DNA of 64,000 nt from NCBI GenBank assembly GCA_964561875.1, contig CAZLQL010000003.1:5822-69821 (forward strand). Reading direction: 5' to 3'. Positions 40,838 through 50,463 of the stretch are shown piece by piece; position 1 is the first letter of the stretch; each line of letters begins with the position of its first letter. Both the position numbers and the translations under genes were made by a program. This DNA is from an uncultured Candidatus Saccharibacteria bacterium (GTDB taxonomy: Bacteria; Patescibacteriota; Minisyncoccia; Phycocordibacterales; PALSA-1337). Under the pieces are notes generated by a model, which was given only the letters and a program-made list of their open reading frames with translations, was not told the origin of the DNA and made no database searches.

Positions 40838-41026
40838 ATGCCCAGAACTGAAAGAAATAGTTCACCTGGTCGAAGAAACGGTAAGGTCAATAAAGCCAAA
40901 CAAGCAAGGACTGTTGGTAAACCGAAGCGTATCACGCATTACACTACGGGACCGCACTCGAGAGTTGAGTTTGTGTCTTTTACGCCACCACCTGTTACCC
41001 CGCTGGGTGTTAACCAGATCATTTGA
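40838..41026 (+). CDS. Small basic orphan protein, 62 aa
   Basis: AAAGGAG SD, promoter-like TTGAAA/TATAAA upstream, terminator downstream, raised GC. Confidence 0.6.
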   Translation: MPRTERNSSPGRRNGKVNKAKQARTVGKPKRITHYTTGPHSRVEFVSFTPPPVTPLGVNQII

Positions 41027-41032
41027 TTCTTT

Positions 41033-41061
41033 AAAGAGGAAGCCGGTGCTTCCTCTTTTTT
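41033..41061 (+). terminator. Intrinsic terminator
   Basis: AAAGAGGAAGC-CGGT-GCTTCCTCTTT then T-run. Confidence 0.85.
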
Positions 41062-41136
41062 ATTCAACATGTTTATTTTGTTTGTTTTCCACATATAAAA
41101 TATATTTTATTTTTATACTCATGCTACAATAAAAAA

Positions 41137-41229
41137 GGATTGTTCCAAATGCTGGTGGTGGCTGTACTCACATATTAATTAGACATTATATTTGGAGCTG
41201 ACACCCATCACCAACATTTGGCGCAATCC
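41137..41229 (+). ncRNA. Long imperfect hairpin RNA or structured murB leader
   Basis: GGATTG..CCAAATG.TGGTGGTGG pairs with CCATCACCA.CATTTGG..CAATCC; extended -10 TGCTACAAT directly upstream. Confidence 0.5.
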
Positions 41230-41248
41230 CTAATATACACTTTATTAA

Positions 41249-42268
41249 GTGAATATAATTTCTGGCCCAAATTTAAATAATTTGACAACTTTTCGTATCG
41301 GGGGTAAAGCCCGATTTTTTTGTAGTATAAATAGTATAGAAGATATAGAAAAAGCATTAGAATTCGCTTCAAATAATAATTTAAAGATATTTGTTTTAGG
41401 TGGAGGTTCAAATATACTTTTTTCGGACGAAGGTTTTGATGGTTTGGTAGTAAAGATGGAAATGATGGGTGTAAATGTTGAAGATATAGATGATGAAAAG
41501 AGTTTGGTTGAAGCTTTTGCAGGTGAGAATTGGGATGATTTTGTAAAATTTACTGTAGATAAAGGATTATATGGTCTTGAAAATTTATCATATATACCAG
41601 GTACAGTAGGAGCAAGTCCGGTTCAAAACATCGGAGCGTATGGAAGTGAAGTGAAAGATACTATTTATTCTGTAAAGGTATTTGATATAAAGGATAATAA
41701 AATAGTTTTTTTTAACAACAAGGATTGTGATTTTAGTTATAGAAATAGTATTTTTAAAAAGAATAAAGGTAGGTATATCATAGTTTCAGTTAAATTTATT
41801 TTAAATAAAAAAGGTAAATTAAATCTTGAGTATAAAGATATTAAAGAATATTTATTAAAAAATAATATAAAGAATCCAACACTTTTAGATATTAGAGAAG
41901 CTGTAATAAATATAAGGAAGAATAAATTACCAGATATTGGTCTTGTCGGTACAGCAGGTTCATTTTTTAAAAATCCAATTATAAAAAAGGAAAAGGTAGT
42001 TGAATTAAAAGTTAAATGGCCAGAATTGCCTGTGTATGATCATAATGATGAGGAAGTTAAGGTCTCTTTAGCATGGATAATCGATAAAGTATGTGGTTTA
42101 AAGGGTTTGAGTAAGGGGAATGTCGGTATATATAAGAATCAGGCATTAGTACTGGTAAATAATGGAAATGCTACAGCACAAGAAGTAAAAGATTTTGCAA
42201 ATATTATAATAAAATCTGTAAAGGATATGACAGGTATAGATATAGAAACTGAGGTGGAATGGGTTTAG
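41249..42268 (+). CDS. murB: UDP-N-acetylenolpyruvoylglucosamine reductase
   Basis: TTFRIGG, LGGGSN, IPGTVGA.PVQNIGAYG, YRNS.FK, AGSFFKNP. Confidence 0.96.
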   Translation: MNIISGPNLNNLTTFRIGGKARFFCSINSIEDIEKALEFASNNNLKIFVLGGGSNILFSDEGFDGLVVKMEMMGVNVEDIDDEKSLVEAFAGENWDDFVKFTVDKGLYGLENLSYIPGTVGASPVQNIGAYGSEVKDTIYSVKVFDIKDNKIVFFNNKDCDFSYRNSIFKKNKGRYIIVSVKFILNKKGKLNLEYKDIKEYLLKNNIKNPTLLDIREAVINIRKNKLPDIGLVGTAGSFFKNPIIKKEKVVELKVKWPELPVYDHNDEEVKVSLAWIIDKVCGLKGLSKGNVGIYKNQALVLVNNGNATAQEVKDFANIIIKSVKDMTGIDIETEVEWV

Positions 42269-42293
42269 AAATTATGATATAGTGGCCGGACAT

Positions 42294-44804
42294 ATGGCTT
42301 TTTCACTAAAAACAATTTTTGGGGATAGAAATGCAAGCTTATTAAAGAAATACTCTGGTATTGTTTCTCAAGTAAACGCACTAGAATCCAGCATAAGCGC
42401 ACTTTCTGATTTAGAATTAAAAGACAAGACCAAATCTTTTAAAGAAAGACTAAATGGTAAAAGTGTCACAGATCAAAAGAAAATACTCGATGAAATACTT
42501 CCTGAAGCATTTGCTTTAGTTAGAGAAGCTTCAAAAAGAACTTTAAAACAAAGACACTTTGATGTTCAGCTTATTGGTGGTGCCATTCTTAATGGAGGAA
42601 ATATAGCTGAAATGAGAACTGGAGAAGGAAAGACTCTGGTTGCAACTCTTCCTGCATATCTAAATGCTTTAACAGGTCGTGGGGTACATATAGTTACTGT
42701 AAATGATTATCTATCAAGAAGAGATGCTGTATGGATGGGACAGGTATATGATCTACTTGGTCTAACAACAGGAGTAATAAATCACGAAACTTCATATTTA
42801 TACGATCCAAATCACAAAAATACAGGAGATGATAAGGTTGTAGATGAAAAAAGAGATGAGATAGGTTCTTTCCATGTGGTACACGATTATCTGCGCCCAG
42901 TTACAAGACGTGAAGCGTATTATGCAGATATAACATACGGTACAAACAACGAATTTGGTTTCGATTACCTTCGTGACAATCTCGAATATGAAGAAAGCAA
43001 GCTTCGTCAAAGAGAATTTAATTATGCAATAGTCGATGAAATAGACTCTATTCTTATAGATGAAGCTAGAACCCCACTTATTATATCTTCTCCAACTGTA
43101 GATTCAGAGAAACTTTATGGATCATTTGCGCAACTGGTTAGAGATTTTGTTAAAGATGAAGATTTTAAAGTCGATGAAAAAAATAGAAGCATTGCACTTA
43201 CACCAAAAGGAATAGAAAAGGCAGAAAAGAAACTGGGTGTAGACAATATATATACCGATAAAGGAATAAAATATGTGCACCATTTAGAGACAGCTATAAG
43301 AGCAAAGGCACTGTTTCATTTAAATAAAGAATACGTAATAAAAGATAATGCTATTGTCATAGTCGATGAATTCACAGGACGTCTACAACCAGGAAGACGT
43401 TGGTCAGAAGGACTACATCAGGCCATAGAAGCAAAAGAAGGTGTAGAAATTCAAAAGGAATCTAGAACCTTTGCTTCTATTACATTCCAGAATTATTTTA
43501 GATTATACAAAAAGCTTTCAGGTATGACGGGTACAGCGTTAACTTCAAGTGAAGAGTTTTTTAAAGTTTACGGTCTTGAAACCATAGTGGTACCTACAAA
43601 TAAAACTATACAGAGAATAGATGAAAATGATTTGATATTTCAAACTGAAATAGGTAAATACAAAGCAATAGCAAGGAAAGTAAAAGAGTTACATGCTAAT
43701 GGACAGCCAGTTCTTATAGGTACAGTTTCTATAGAAAAAAACGAAGTTCTATCACAGTTTCTAAAAGCAGAAGGTGTCCCACATGAAGTATTGAATGCTA
43801 AAAATCACGAAAGAGAAGGTGAAATAGTCGCTCAAGCTGGTAAAAAAGGTGCTGTAACAATAGCAACAAACATGGCGGGTAGAGGAGTGGATATAAAACT
43901 TGGTGGAAATCCCGGAAGTAAGGAATTGTACGAAGAAATAAAATCAATAGGAGGATTGTTTGTATTGGGTACAGAGCGTCATGAAGCTAGAAGAATAGAC
44001 AATCAGCTTAGAGGTAGGTCAGGAAGACAAGGAGATCCAGGTAAGACACAGTTCTTCGTTTCTCTTGAAGATTCATTGATGCGCATATTTGCTGGAGATA
44101 CAGTAAAGGGACTTATGGGTAAACTCAATCTTGCTGAAGATGAAGCTATAGAAAATAGGATAATCACAAAATCTTTAGAAAATGCTCAAACAAAGATAGA
44201 GGGATTTAATTTTGATTCAAGAAAACATGTGCTTGAATATGACGATATCTTAAATCAACAAAGAAAAGTTATATATGAAAGAAGAAGATCTATATTGACG
44301 GGGTCAATCGATGAAGTAGAAAATAAACTAAATGAAATTGTAGGTCAAAATGAAGAATTAAAGAAAGTAGTAAAAGAAAAAACAGAGTTAATGGGAAGAG
44401 ATAGGTTCATATCTACTGCTAGACAACTTATGTTACAAACAATAGATATGTTCTGGGTTGAACATCTAGAGGTGATGGATTATACACGTTCGAGTGTAAA
44501 TCTTCGTGCTTACGGACAACGTGATCCTTTGGTTGAATATAAGAGGGAGGGTTTAAGACTGTTTAAGGAGATGCAAGGTGTTGTCGAAAATCAGATTATC
44601 AGTTTACTTCCTCATGTTGGTGCTGGTGTAGCAAATCCTGAAACAATTAAGTTAAGAGAAATTCATGATGAAGCGCAAGTAATAGGTGGAGGAGATGGAA
44701 GTTCAAACAATAATACAGATAGTACAACAAAACCTGAAGTTGGTAGAAATGATCCATGTCCTTGTGGAAGTGGAAAAAAGTACAAGAAGTGTCATGGTAG
44801 ATAA
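42294..44804 (+). CDS. secA: Protein translocase subunit SecA
   Basis: AEMRTGEGKT, VDEIDSILIDEARTPLIIS, QLRGRSGRQGDPG, SEC-C CPCGSGKKYKKCH. Confidence 0.98.
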   Translation: MAFSLKTIFGDRNASLLKKYSGIVSQVNALESSISALSDLELKDKTKSFKERLNGKSVTDQKKILDEILPEAFALVREASKRTLKQRHFDVQLIGGAILNGGNIAEMRTGEGKTLVATLPAYLNALTGRGVHIVTVNDYLSRRDAVWMGQVYDLLGLTTGVINHETSYLYDPNHKNTGDDKVVDEKRDEIGSFHVVHDYLRPVTRREAYYADITYGTNNEFGFDYLRDNLEYEESKLRQREFNYAIVDEIDSILIDEARTPLIISSPTVDSEKLYGSFAQLVRDFVKDEDFKVDEKNRSIALTPKGIEKAEKKLGVDNIYTDKGIKYVHHLETAIRAKALFHLNKEYVIKDNAIVIVDEFTGRLQPGRRWSEGLHQAIEAKEGVEIQKESRTFASITFQNYFRLYKKLSGMTGTALTSSEEFFKVYGLETIVVPTNKTIQRIDENDLIFQTEIGKYKAIARKVKELHANGQPVLIGTVSIEKNEVLSQFLKAEGVPHEVLNAKNHEREGEIVAQAGKKGAVTIATNMAGRGVDIKLGGNPGSKELYEEIKSIGGLFVLGTERHEARRIDNQLRGRSGRQGDPGKTQFFVSLEDSLMRIFAGDTVKGLMGKLNLAEDEAIENRIITKSLENAQTKIEGFNFDSRKHVLEYDDILNQQRKVIYERRRSILTGSIDEVENKLNEIVGQNEELKKVVKEKTELMGRDRFISTARQLMLQTIDMFWVEHLEVMDYTRSSVNLRAYGQRDPLVEYKREGLRLFKEMQGVVENQIISLLPHVGAGVANPETIKLREIHDEAQVIGGGDGSSNNNTDSTTKPEVGRNDPCPCGSGKKYKKCHGR

Positions 44805-45012
44805 AAATATTAAATTAGGGAAGTATAGACATTATAAAGGTAAAGAGTATGAAGTAATTGGTATTGCTAAACATAGTGAAAATCTGGAAGAATTGGTAGT
44901 ATATAAAGCACTTTATGATGAAGGAGATATCTGGGTAAGACCAGTTAAAATGTTTCTGGAAGAAGTCGAAGTAAATAAAAGTAAAGTTCCGCGTTTTAGT
45001 TTTATTGGTTAA
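44794..45012 (+). CDS. DUF1653 family protein
   Basis: GKYRHYKG..Y.V..IA.HSE....VVY.ALY....WVRP..MF...PRF; real start 44794. Confidence 0.9.
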   Translation: MVDKNIKLGKYRHYKGKEYEVIGIAKHSENLEELVVYKALYDEGDIWVRPVKMFLEEVEVNKSKVPRFSFIG

Positions 45013-45044
45013 ATTAAATTTTAATTCTAAATAAAATAGAAGAC

Positions 45045-45956
45045 ATGCCAAAAAATAAAAAAGAAAAAGTTGTAGTAGTAGGTGGTGCGGGTTTTATAGG
45101 TTCAAACCTTACAGATAAACTTGTTGAAAAAGGTTTTGACGTTCATGTGATAGACAATCTAGTAGGTGGAAAAAAAGAAAATGTAAATAAAAATGCCAGT
45201 TTACATGTACTTGATATAACAAAAATAAAAGATATTCAACCTATAATAAATGGCGCTTCGTATGTATTTCATTTAGCTGCATTACCAAGAGTTCAGTTTT
45301 CTATTGATTTTCCAAGTGAATCAAACATGGTAAATGTTGAAGGAATGTTAAATGTTCTTATTGCTAGTACAAATGCAAAAGTAAAAAAGTTTATATATTC
45401 AGCTTCTTCCTCAGCTTATGGAGATCAAAAGAAAATGCCTTTAGTAGAAAGTTTTCCTGCAAATCCCAAGAGTCCATATGGTCTACAAAAATACATTGGT
45501 GAATTGTATTGTAAATTGTGGACAAATATATACGGTTTACCAACTGTTTCTCTCAGGTATTTCAATGTATACGGTCCAAGACAAAGTGCTGAAGGAGCAT
45601 ACGCACTTGTGATTGCAAAGTTCCTAGAACAAGTTAAACAAGGTAAACCAATGACAATAACTGGTAATGGAAAGCAAACTAGAGATTTTACTAGTGTACA
45701 TGATGTAGTAAATGCAAATATATTAGCAATGGAAAGTAAAAAAGTAGGTAATGGTGAAGTTATAAATATAGGTGCAGGTAAAAACTATTCGATAAATGAT
45801 GTTGCAAAATTTATAGGAGGGCCGGTTTTGTATGTGGAATCGAGATTAGAACCAAAAAATACTTTGGCAGACAATAAACTTGCAAAAAAGCTTTTAGGTT
45901 GGACACCAAAAGTTAGCTTAAAAGAGGGTATAGAGGAATTGAAAAAGATAAATTAA
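45045..45956 (+). CDS. NAD-dependent nucleotide-sugar epimerase
   Basis: GGAGFIGS, HLAA, SPYGLQK, LRYFNVYGPRQ, QTRDF. Confidence 0.92.
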   Translation: MPKNKKEKVVVVGGAGFIGSNLTDKLVEKGFDVHVIDNLVGGKKENVNKNASLHVLDITKIKDIQPIINGASYVFHLAALPRVQFSIDFPSESNMVNVEGMLNVLIASTNAKVKKFIYSASSSAYGDQKKMPLVESFPANPKSPYGLQKYIGELYCKLWTNIYGLPTVSLRYFNVYGPRQSAEGAYALVIAKFLEQVKQGKPMTITGNGKQTRDFTSVHDVVNANILAMESKKVGNGEVINIGAGKNYSINDVAKFIGGPVLYVESRLEPKNTLADNKLAKKLLGWTPKVSLKEGIEELKKIN

Positions 45957-46462
45957 ACTTTTAAACCTCTTCGTTTTCTATACCAATAAACTATATAAAT
46001 AATTGCTAGAGATATTATATTTGTAAAAAATATAATAGGTGTTGACCAAGGTATTCCATCTATTGGTGTAAAACTAAATGGCCATAGGTATGGTGTTGGG
46101 AAAAAACTTGTTGAATGTGTAAATAAATCAAGAAATATATGAAAAGCCCAAGCAAACATTTCCCATACAGGTTTTTTCATTATTATCCAAACAACAAAAA
46201 ATACTACAGCAAATACAACAAAACTATGTGTTATGTTGTATAAAGTATGCACGTAAGAGTCTATTTCTATCATTCCAGGAGGTTTCATACTCCAGTGTAC
46301 TGACTCAGGATCAAATATAGTCATTACCAATCTAGATCCTGTGTATATACCAAATGATAAAAGGTCAGGTGCTATGCCAAGTAGAAATGCTAGCCAAAAA
46401 CTCTTTTTATTTTTTCTACCAAAAGCGATACTACCCCAAAGCCCATGTGAAAGTATGTCCAT
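45953..46462 (-). CDS. Membrane metal-dependent hydrolase (YdjM/DUF457-like)
   Basis: MD..SH, APD, THS, HIFLDLFTH, LWP. Confidence 0.75.
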   Translation of the reverse strand: MDILSHGLWGSIAFGRKNKKSFWLAFLLGIAPDLLSFGIYTGSRLVMTIFDPESVHWSMKPPGMIEIDSYVHTLYNITHSFVVFAVVFFVVWIIMKKPVWEMFAWAFHIFLDLFTHSTSFFPTPYLWPFSFTPIDGIPWSTPIIFFTNIISLAIIYIVYWYRKRRGLKV

Positions 46463-46500
46463 ATGGTGTTATAATACAATATATATTGATTAATTAAAAT

Positions 46501-46959
46501 ATGAGATCGTTTCTAATAAAATTCGATTTTTGGTTTATTGGTTTTTTGAGAAAAATCAGCATTCCTTTTTCTAGATTTGCACTTTTTATAGTATTTTTTT
46601 GGTTTGGAATACTTAAGATAATAGGTACTAGTCCAGCAAATCCTCTTGTTTCAGATTTGCTACACTCCACACTGCCTTTTATGTCTTTCAGTGTGTTTAT
46701 CGTATTATTCTCTATTTATGAAATGATTATTGGTATAACGTTTCTTATACCTAGATTAGAAAGGCTAGCCATTGCACTACTCTTACCACATATGTTTATG
46801 ACTATTCTGCCACTATTTTTTCTTAGAGCAATGACTTGGCAAGGATTTTTAACACCTACACTTGAAGGTCAGTACATAATAAAAAATCTAGTTATCATAG
46901 CACTAGCTATGGGAATAGCGGGTCATTTAACACCTATAAATATTAAAAATAAAAAATGA
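46501..46959 (+). CDS. DoxX/YkgB-family membrane protein
   Basis: FFWFG.LK, GQYIIKN. Confidence 0.8.
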   Translation: MRSFLIKFDFWFIGFLRKISIPFSRFALFIVFFWFGILKIIGTSPANPLVSDLLHSTLPFMSFSVFIVLFSIYEMIIGITFLIPRLERLAIALLLPHMFMTILPLFFLRAMTWQGFLTPTLEGQYIIKNLVIIALAMGIAGHLTPINIKNKK

Positions 46960-47396
46960 AATTTAAATATTTAATCATATCTTCGGTATTTGTTATTTTA
47001 ATCATGACAGTGTTTTGGATATTTAAAAATAATTCAAATACCGTCAAGGTAGATTTAAAAAGTTTCAATATAATTTATGCTGATAATGAAGAAAAACTTG
47101 AGAAGGGTTTGAGCGATAGAGAAAGTTTGGATGATAAAAGTCTCATGTTATTTGTATTCAATAATCCTAGTACTTATGGATTTTGGATGAAGGATATGAA
47201 ATTTAATATTGATATTGTTTGGCTAGATGAATCATACAAAGTAGTGCATGTTGAAGAGAATTTATCACCAGAAACATATCCGAAAATATTTTATCCAAAG
47301 AGTAAAGCCCTCTATGTCCTGGAAGCAAATCCAAATTTTGTAAAAGATCATGATATAAAACTGGGCAATACACTCGTTTTTTCTGATAAAAAATAA
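46956..47396 (+). CDS. DUF192 family protein
   Basis: GLS.R, MLFVF, FWMKDM.F.IDIVWLD, YVLE. Confidence 0.9.
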   Translation: MKFKYLIISSVFVILIMTVFWIFKNNSNTVKVDLKSFNIIYADNEEKLEKGLSDRESLDDKSLMLFVFNNPSTYGFWMKDMKFNIDIVWLDESYKVVHVEENLSPETYPKIFYPKSKALYVLEANPNFVKDHDIKLGNTLVFSDKK

Positions 47397-47565
47397 TTTT
47401 ATAAAAAATCAACTCTTGTTATAAATTTTTTTTATTGTGCAGTTTGTTTTTTTGGAGTTATCCACTGTTTTTCTTTTTGTATGGGAAGTAAAATACATCA
47501 CACGCGAGCAATCAGTTCTTTTGTTATCTCTAAATTTTATTAATAATTAATTCACCAAAATAAAT

Positions 47566-50430
47566 ATGAGTATATCCATAAGAAGAGCAGATGGAACATC
47601 AGTGCCGTTTAATGCAGATAGAATAAACCGCTCAATAGAGAGAGCGTGTTTTGGACTAACAGATCCTATATCAAAAGTTACTCAAATTGCTACAGAAACT
47701 CAACTTACTCTTCATGAGAATATGACTACAGAGGAAATGGACAGAGCAACCATAAATGCTGCTGTGCAGAATATAAAGGAAGATCCAGAATATGACAGGG
47801 TAGCTACCAGATTATTGCTTAAAACTATATATAGAAAAGTCGTAGGTGAATACGATAAGGATAGTTTTGATGATCTGAAGAAGAAACATAGAGATGGATT
47901 TATAAGATATATCAGAGATGGTGTTAAAAATAAGACTTTACATAAAAATATGGAAAGTCTATTTGATCTAGAGTCTCTAGCAGATACTCTTTCTCTAGAA
48001 AGAGATGAATTGTTCTTATATGCAGGTCTAGATGGTCTTGCACATAGATATATGATAAAGGATACAAATAGCAATGTAATAGAAACGCCTCAATATTTCT
48101 TTATGAGAGTTGCTATGGGTCTATCTTATGTAGAATCAAATCCAACAGAATACGCAAAGAAGTTTTATCACAAGATGTCAAAGCATGAATACATAGCTGG
48201 GGGTTCTGCAAATCTTGGTGCTGGTACTCCAAGTTCATCACTTTCAAACTGTTTCTTACTAGAAGTTCACGATGACATGTCTCATATAGCAAAATCAGTT
48301 TCTGATGTGCTATTACTTTCAAAGAGTTCTGGAGGTTTAGGAGTTTCAATAACAAAGTTGAGAGCATCTGGTTCACCTTTGAAATCAGGTTTCGGTGGAG
48401 CATCTAGTGGACCAACTCCGTTTGCAAAAATAATGGACACTTCTATAAGAGCGGTTATGAGAGGTGGTAAAAAAGTAGGTGCTCTATGTTTCTATATGGA
48501 ACCTTGGCATCTAGATTTTACAGAATTTATAGATTGGAAAAACAATAGCGGTGACGACTATGCTCGTATGAGAACAGCAAATACTGCTGTATATATTGCA
48601 GATGAATTTATGAAGAGATCAAGAGACGGAAAAGATTGGTATATGTTTGACCCTGCAGAAACACCAGATCTAAATGAGCTTTATGGACAAGCTTTCAGTA
48701 AAAGATATGGAGAGTATGTAGATATGGCAGACAAGGGAATGATGAGAACATTCAAGAAGATTCCTGCAAATGAATTATTTAGAAAAATACTCGTATCAAT
48801 GCAGACAACATCTCACCCTTGGCTAGTCTGGAAAGATACCATAAACCTACGTGCTTTAAACAATAATCGAGGTACTATACATATGTCTAATCTATGTACA
48901 GAGATCTGTTTACCTCAAGATAGAGAAAACGTTGCAGTATGTAATCTAGCTTCTATAAACCTTGCTGCACATGTAAGCAATAAACAGGTAAATTGGGGAA
49001 AACTTGAAGAGAGTGCAAGATTGGCTGTAAGACAACTAGACAACCTCATAGATATAAACATGCTACCAATCCCAGAAGCTGTAAGATCAGATAAAGAAAA
49101 CAGAGCAATGGGACTTGGAGTGATGGGATTTGCTGATGTTATAGAAAAACTAGGTATGGCATACGATAGTGAACATGCTTGGGATTTTGCAGATAGAATA
49201 TTTGAATTCGTAAGCTATATGGCTATCGATGAAAGCACAATACTAGCTCAAGAAAGAGGATCGTATAAACACTTTGAAGGATCTATGTGGTCAAAGGGTA
49301 AGGTTCCGATAGATTCTATAGAGACAGTTGAAAATGATAGAGGTATAAAAGTATCAGTTGTAAAAGATAGTAAACATAAAGGATTAAACTGGAACTTGTT
49401 AAGAGAAAAGGTTAAAAAGGGAATGAGAAATTCTACACTTATGGCAGTGGCTCCAAATGCCAACATAGGTTTGGTTGCAGGAACTACTCCAGGTATAGAT
49501 GCTAGATTCGCTCAGGTATTTTCAAGAAATAAAATTTCAGGAAAATACATGGACCTAAACCACAACTTGGTAAATGATTTAAAAAACATGGGTATTTGGG
49601 AAAAGGTAAGAGATCAAATAATAGAAAACCAAGGTGATATTGCACATATAGATGGAATTCCACAGTACTTAAAAGATATATACAAGACATCATTTACTAC
49701 TTCTCCTTATGCTTATATAGAAGTTGCAGCTAGAGCTCAAAAATGGGTAGATCAGGCACTATCAAGAAATATGTATCTTGAGACAAGAGATTTGGATGAA
49801 ACAATGGCGATATATGCAACAGCATGGGAAAAAGGTTTGAAATCTACTTATTATCTACATCTAAAACCTCGTCACACAGCAGAGCAGAGCACGATCAGAG
49901 TAAATAAAGCTGAAAAACTTGGAAAGATTGGTTTTGCTGCAGTTGCAAAGGCAAAGACAGAATCAACTCCAATAGAGACAAGTTCAGATGTTGCATTTTC
50001 TATGCCAAAGCAGAGTTCTATACCAGTAGCGTCTATAGTTCCAGAGCCAGTTGTTATAAAGGAACAACCTATCAAGCAGGTTGTCCCACAACCTTCAGTT
50101 GTAGAATTGACTCCTTCAAATATAATGTCAGAAGTTAAAGCAAAAGTACCAGTTTATGCTTCTGTTTCATCAGATACTACATTTGACGAAGTAAGTATAG
50201 TAAAAGAAAGTGAGGCCTCAGATATTCCAAGTATGGTTTCTATAAAAAATGTAGGTTTTGGTAAAATAAATTTGAACACAAATTCTACACAAAATAAATA
50301 TACAGAAATATCATCTATAAGTATGATGAGTGAAAAGGATAATTCAAATAGTGCAATCAAGCCAAAGGTAGCACCAAAGGTCTGTCCTATTGATCCAGCA
50401 GAAAGAGCACAATGTGATAGTTGTCAGTAA
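47566..50430 (+). CDS. nrdA: Ribonucleotide reductase class I alpha subunit with ATP cone
   Basis: N-terminal ATP cone, LSNCF, SNLCTEI, CNLASIN, DQA.S.N, LKSTYY, C-terminal CDSCQ. Confidence 0.96.
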   Translation: MSISIRRADGTSVPFNADRINRSIERACFGLTDPISKVTQIATETQLTLHENMTTEEMDRATINAAVQNIKEDPEYDRVATRLLLKTIYRKVVGEYDKDSFDDLKKKHRDGFIRYIRDGVKNKTLHKNMESLFDLESLADTLSLERDELFLYAGLDGLAHRYMIKDTNSNVIETPQYFFMRVAMGLSYVESNPTEYAKKFYHKMSKHEYIAGGSANLGAGTPSSSLSNCFLLEVHDDMSHIAKSVSDVLLLSKSSGGLGVSITKLRASGSPLKSGFGGASSGPTPFAKIMDTSIRAVMRGGKKVGALCFYMEPWHLDFTEFIDWKNNSGDDYARMRTANTAVYIADEFMKRSRDGKDWYMFDPAETPDLNELYGQAFSKRYGEYVDMADKGMMRTFKKIPANELFRKILVSMQTTSHPWLVWKDTINLRALNNNRGTIHMSNLCTEICLPQDRENVAVCNLASINLAAHVSNKQVNWGKLEESARLAVRQLDNLIDINMLPIPEAVRSDKENRAMGLGVMGFADVIEKLGMAYDSEHAWDFADRIFEFVSYMAIDESTILAQERGSYKHFEGSMWSKGKVPIDSIETVENDRGIKVSVVKDSKHKGLNWNLLREKVKKGMRNSTLMAVAPNANIGLVAGTTPGIDARFAQVFSRNKISGKYMDLNHNLVNDLKNMGIWEKVRDQIIENQGDIAHIDGIPQYLKDIYKTSFTTSPYAYIEVAARAQKWVDQALSRNMYLETRDLDETMAIYATAWEKGLKSTYYLHLKPRHTAEQSTIRVNKAEKLGKIGFAAVAKAKTESTPIETSSDVAFSMPKQSSIPVASIVPEPVVIKEQPIKQVVPQPSVVELTPSNIMSEVKAKVPVYASVSSDTTFDEVSIVKESEASDIPSMVSIKNVGFGKINLNTNSTQNKYTEISSISMMSEKDNSNSAIKPKVAPKVCPIDPAERAQCDSCQ

Positions 50431-50463
50431 AATCAGATATTATCAATTTATTTATAAAACCAT

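Noticed and set aside
40800-41132. 110-aa ORF overlapping the basic peptide gene
   Set aside because: It crosses the terminator and lacks an SD; the 40838 frame has the expression signals
44686-44793. Long N-terminus of the DUF1653 ORF
   Set aside because: Alternate-frame overlap with secA; the domain begins at 44794
47458-47466. DnaA-box-like TTATCCACT upstream of nrdA
   Set aside because: A single site with one mismatch in AT-rich DNA is too weak; no NrdR boxes recognised
49880-50380. Intein in NrdA
   Set aside because: No C/S...HN splice motifs or endonuclease motif; it is a low-complexity linker
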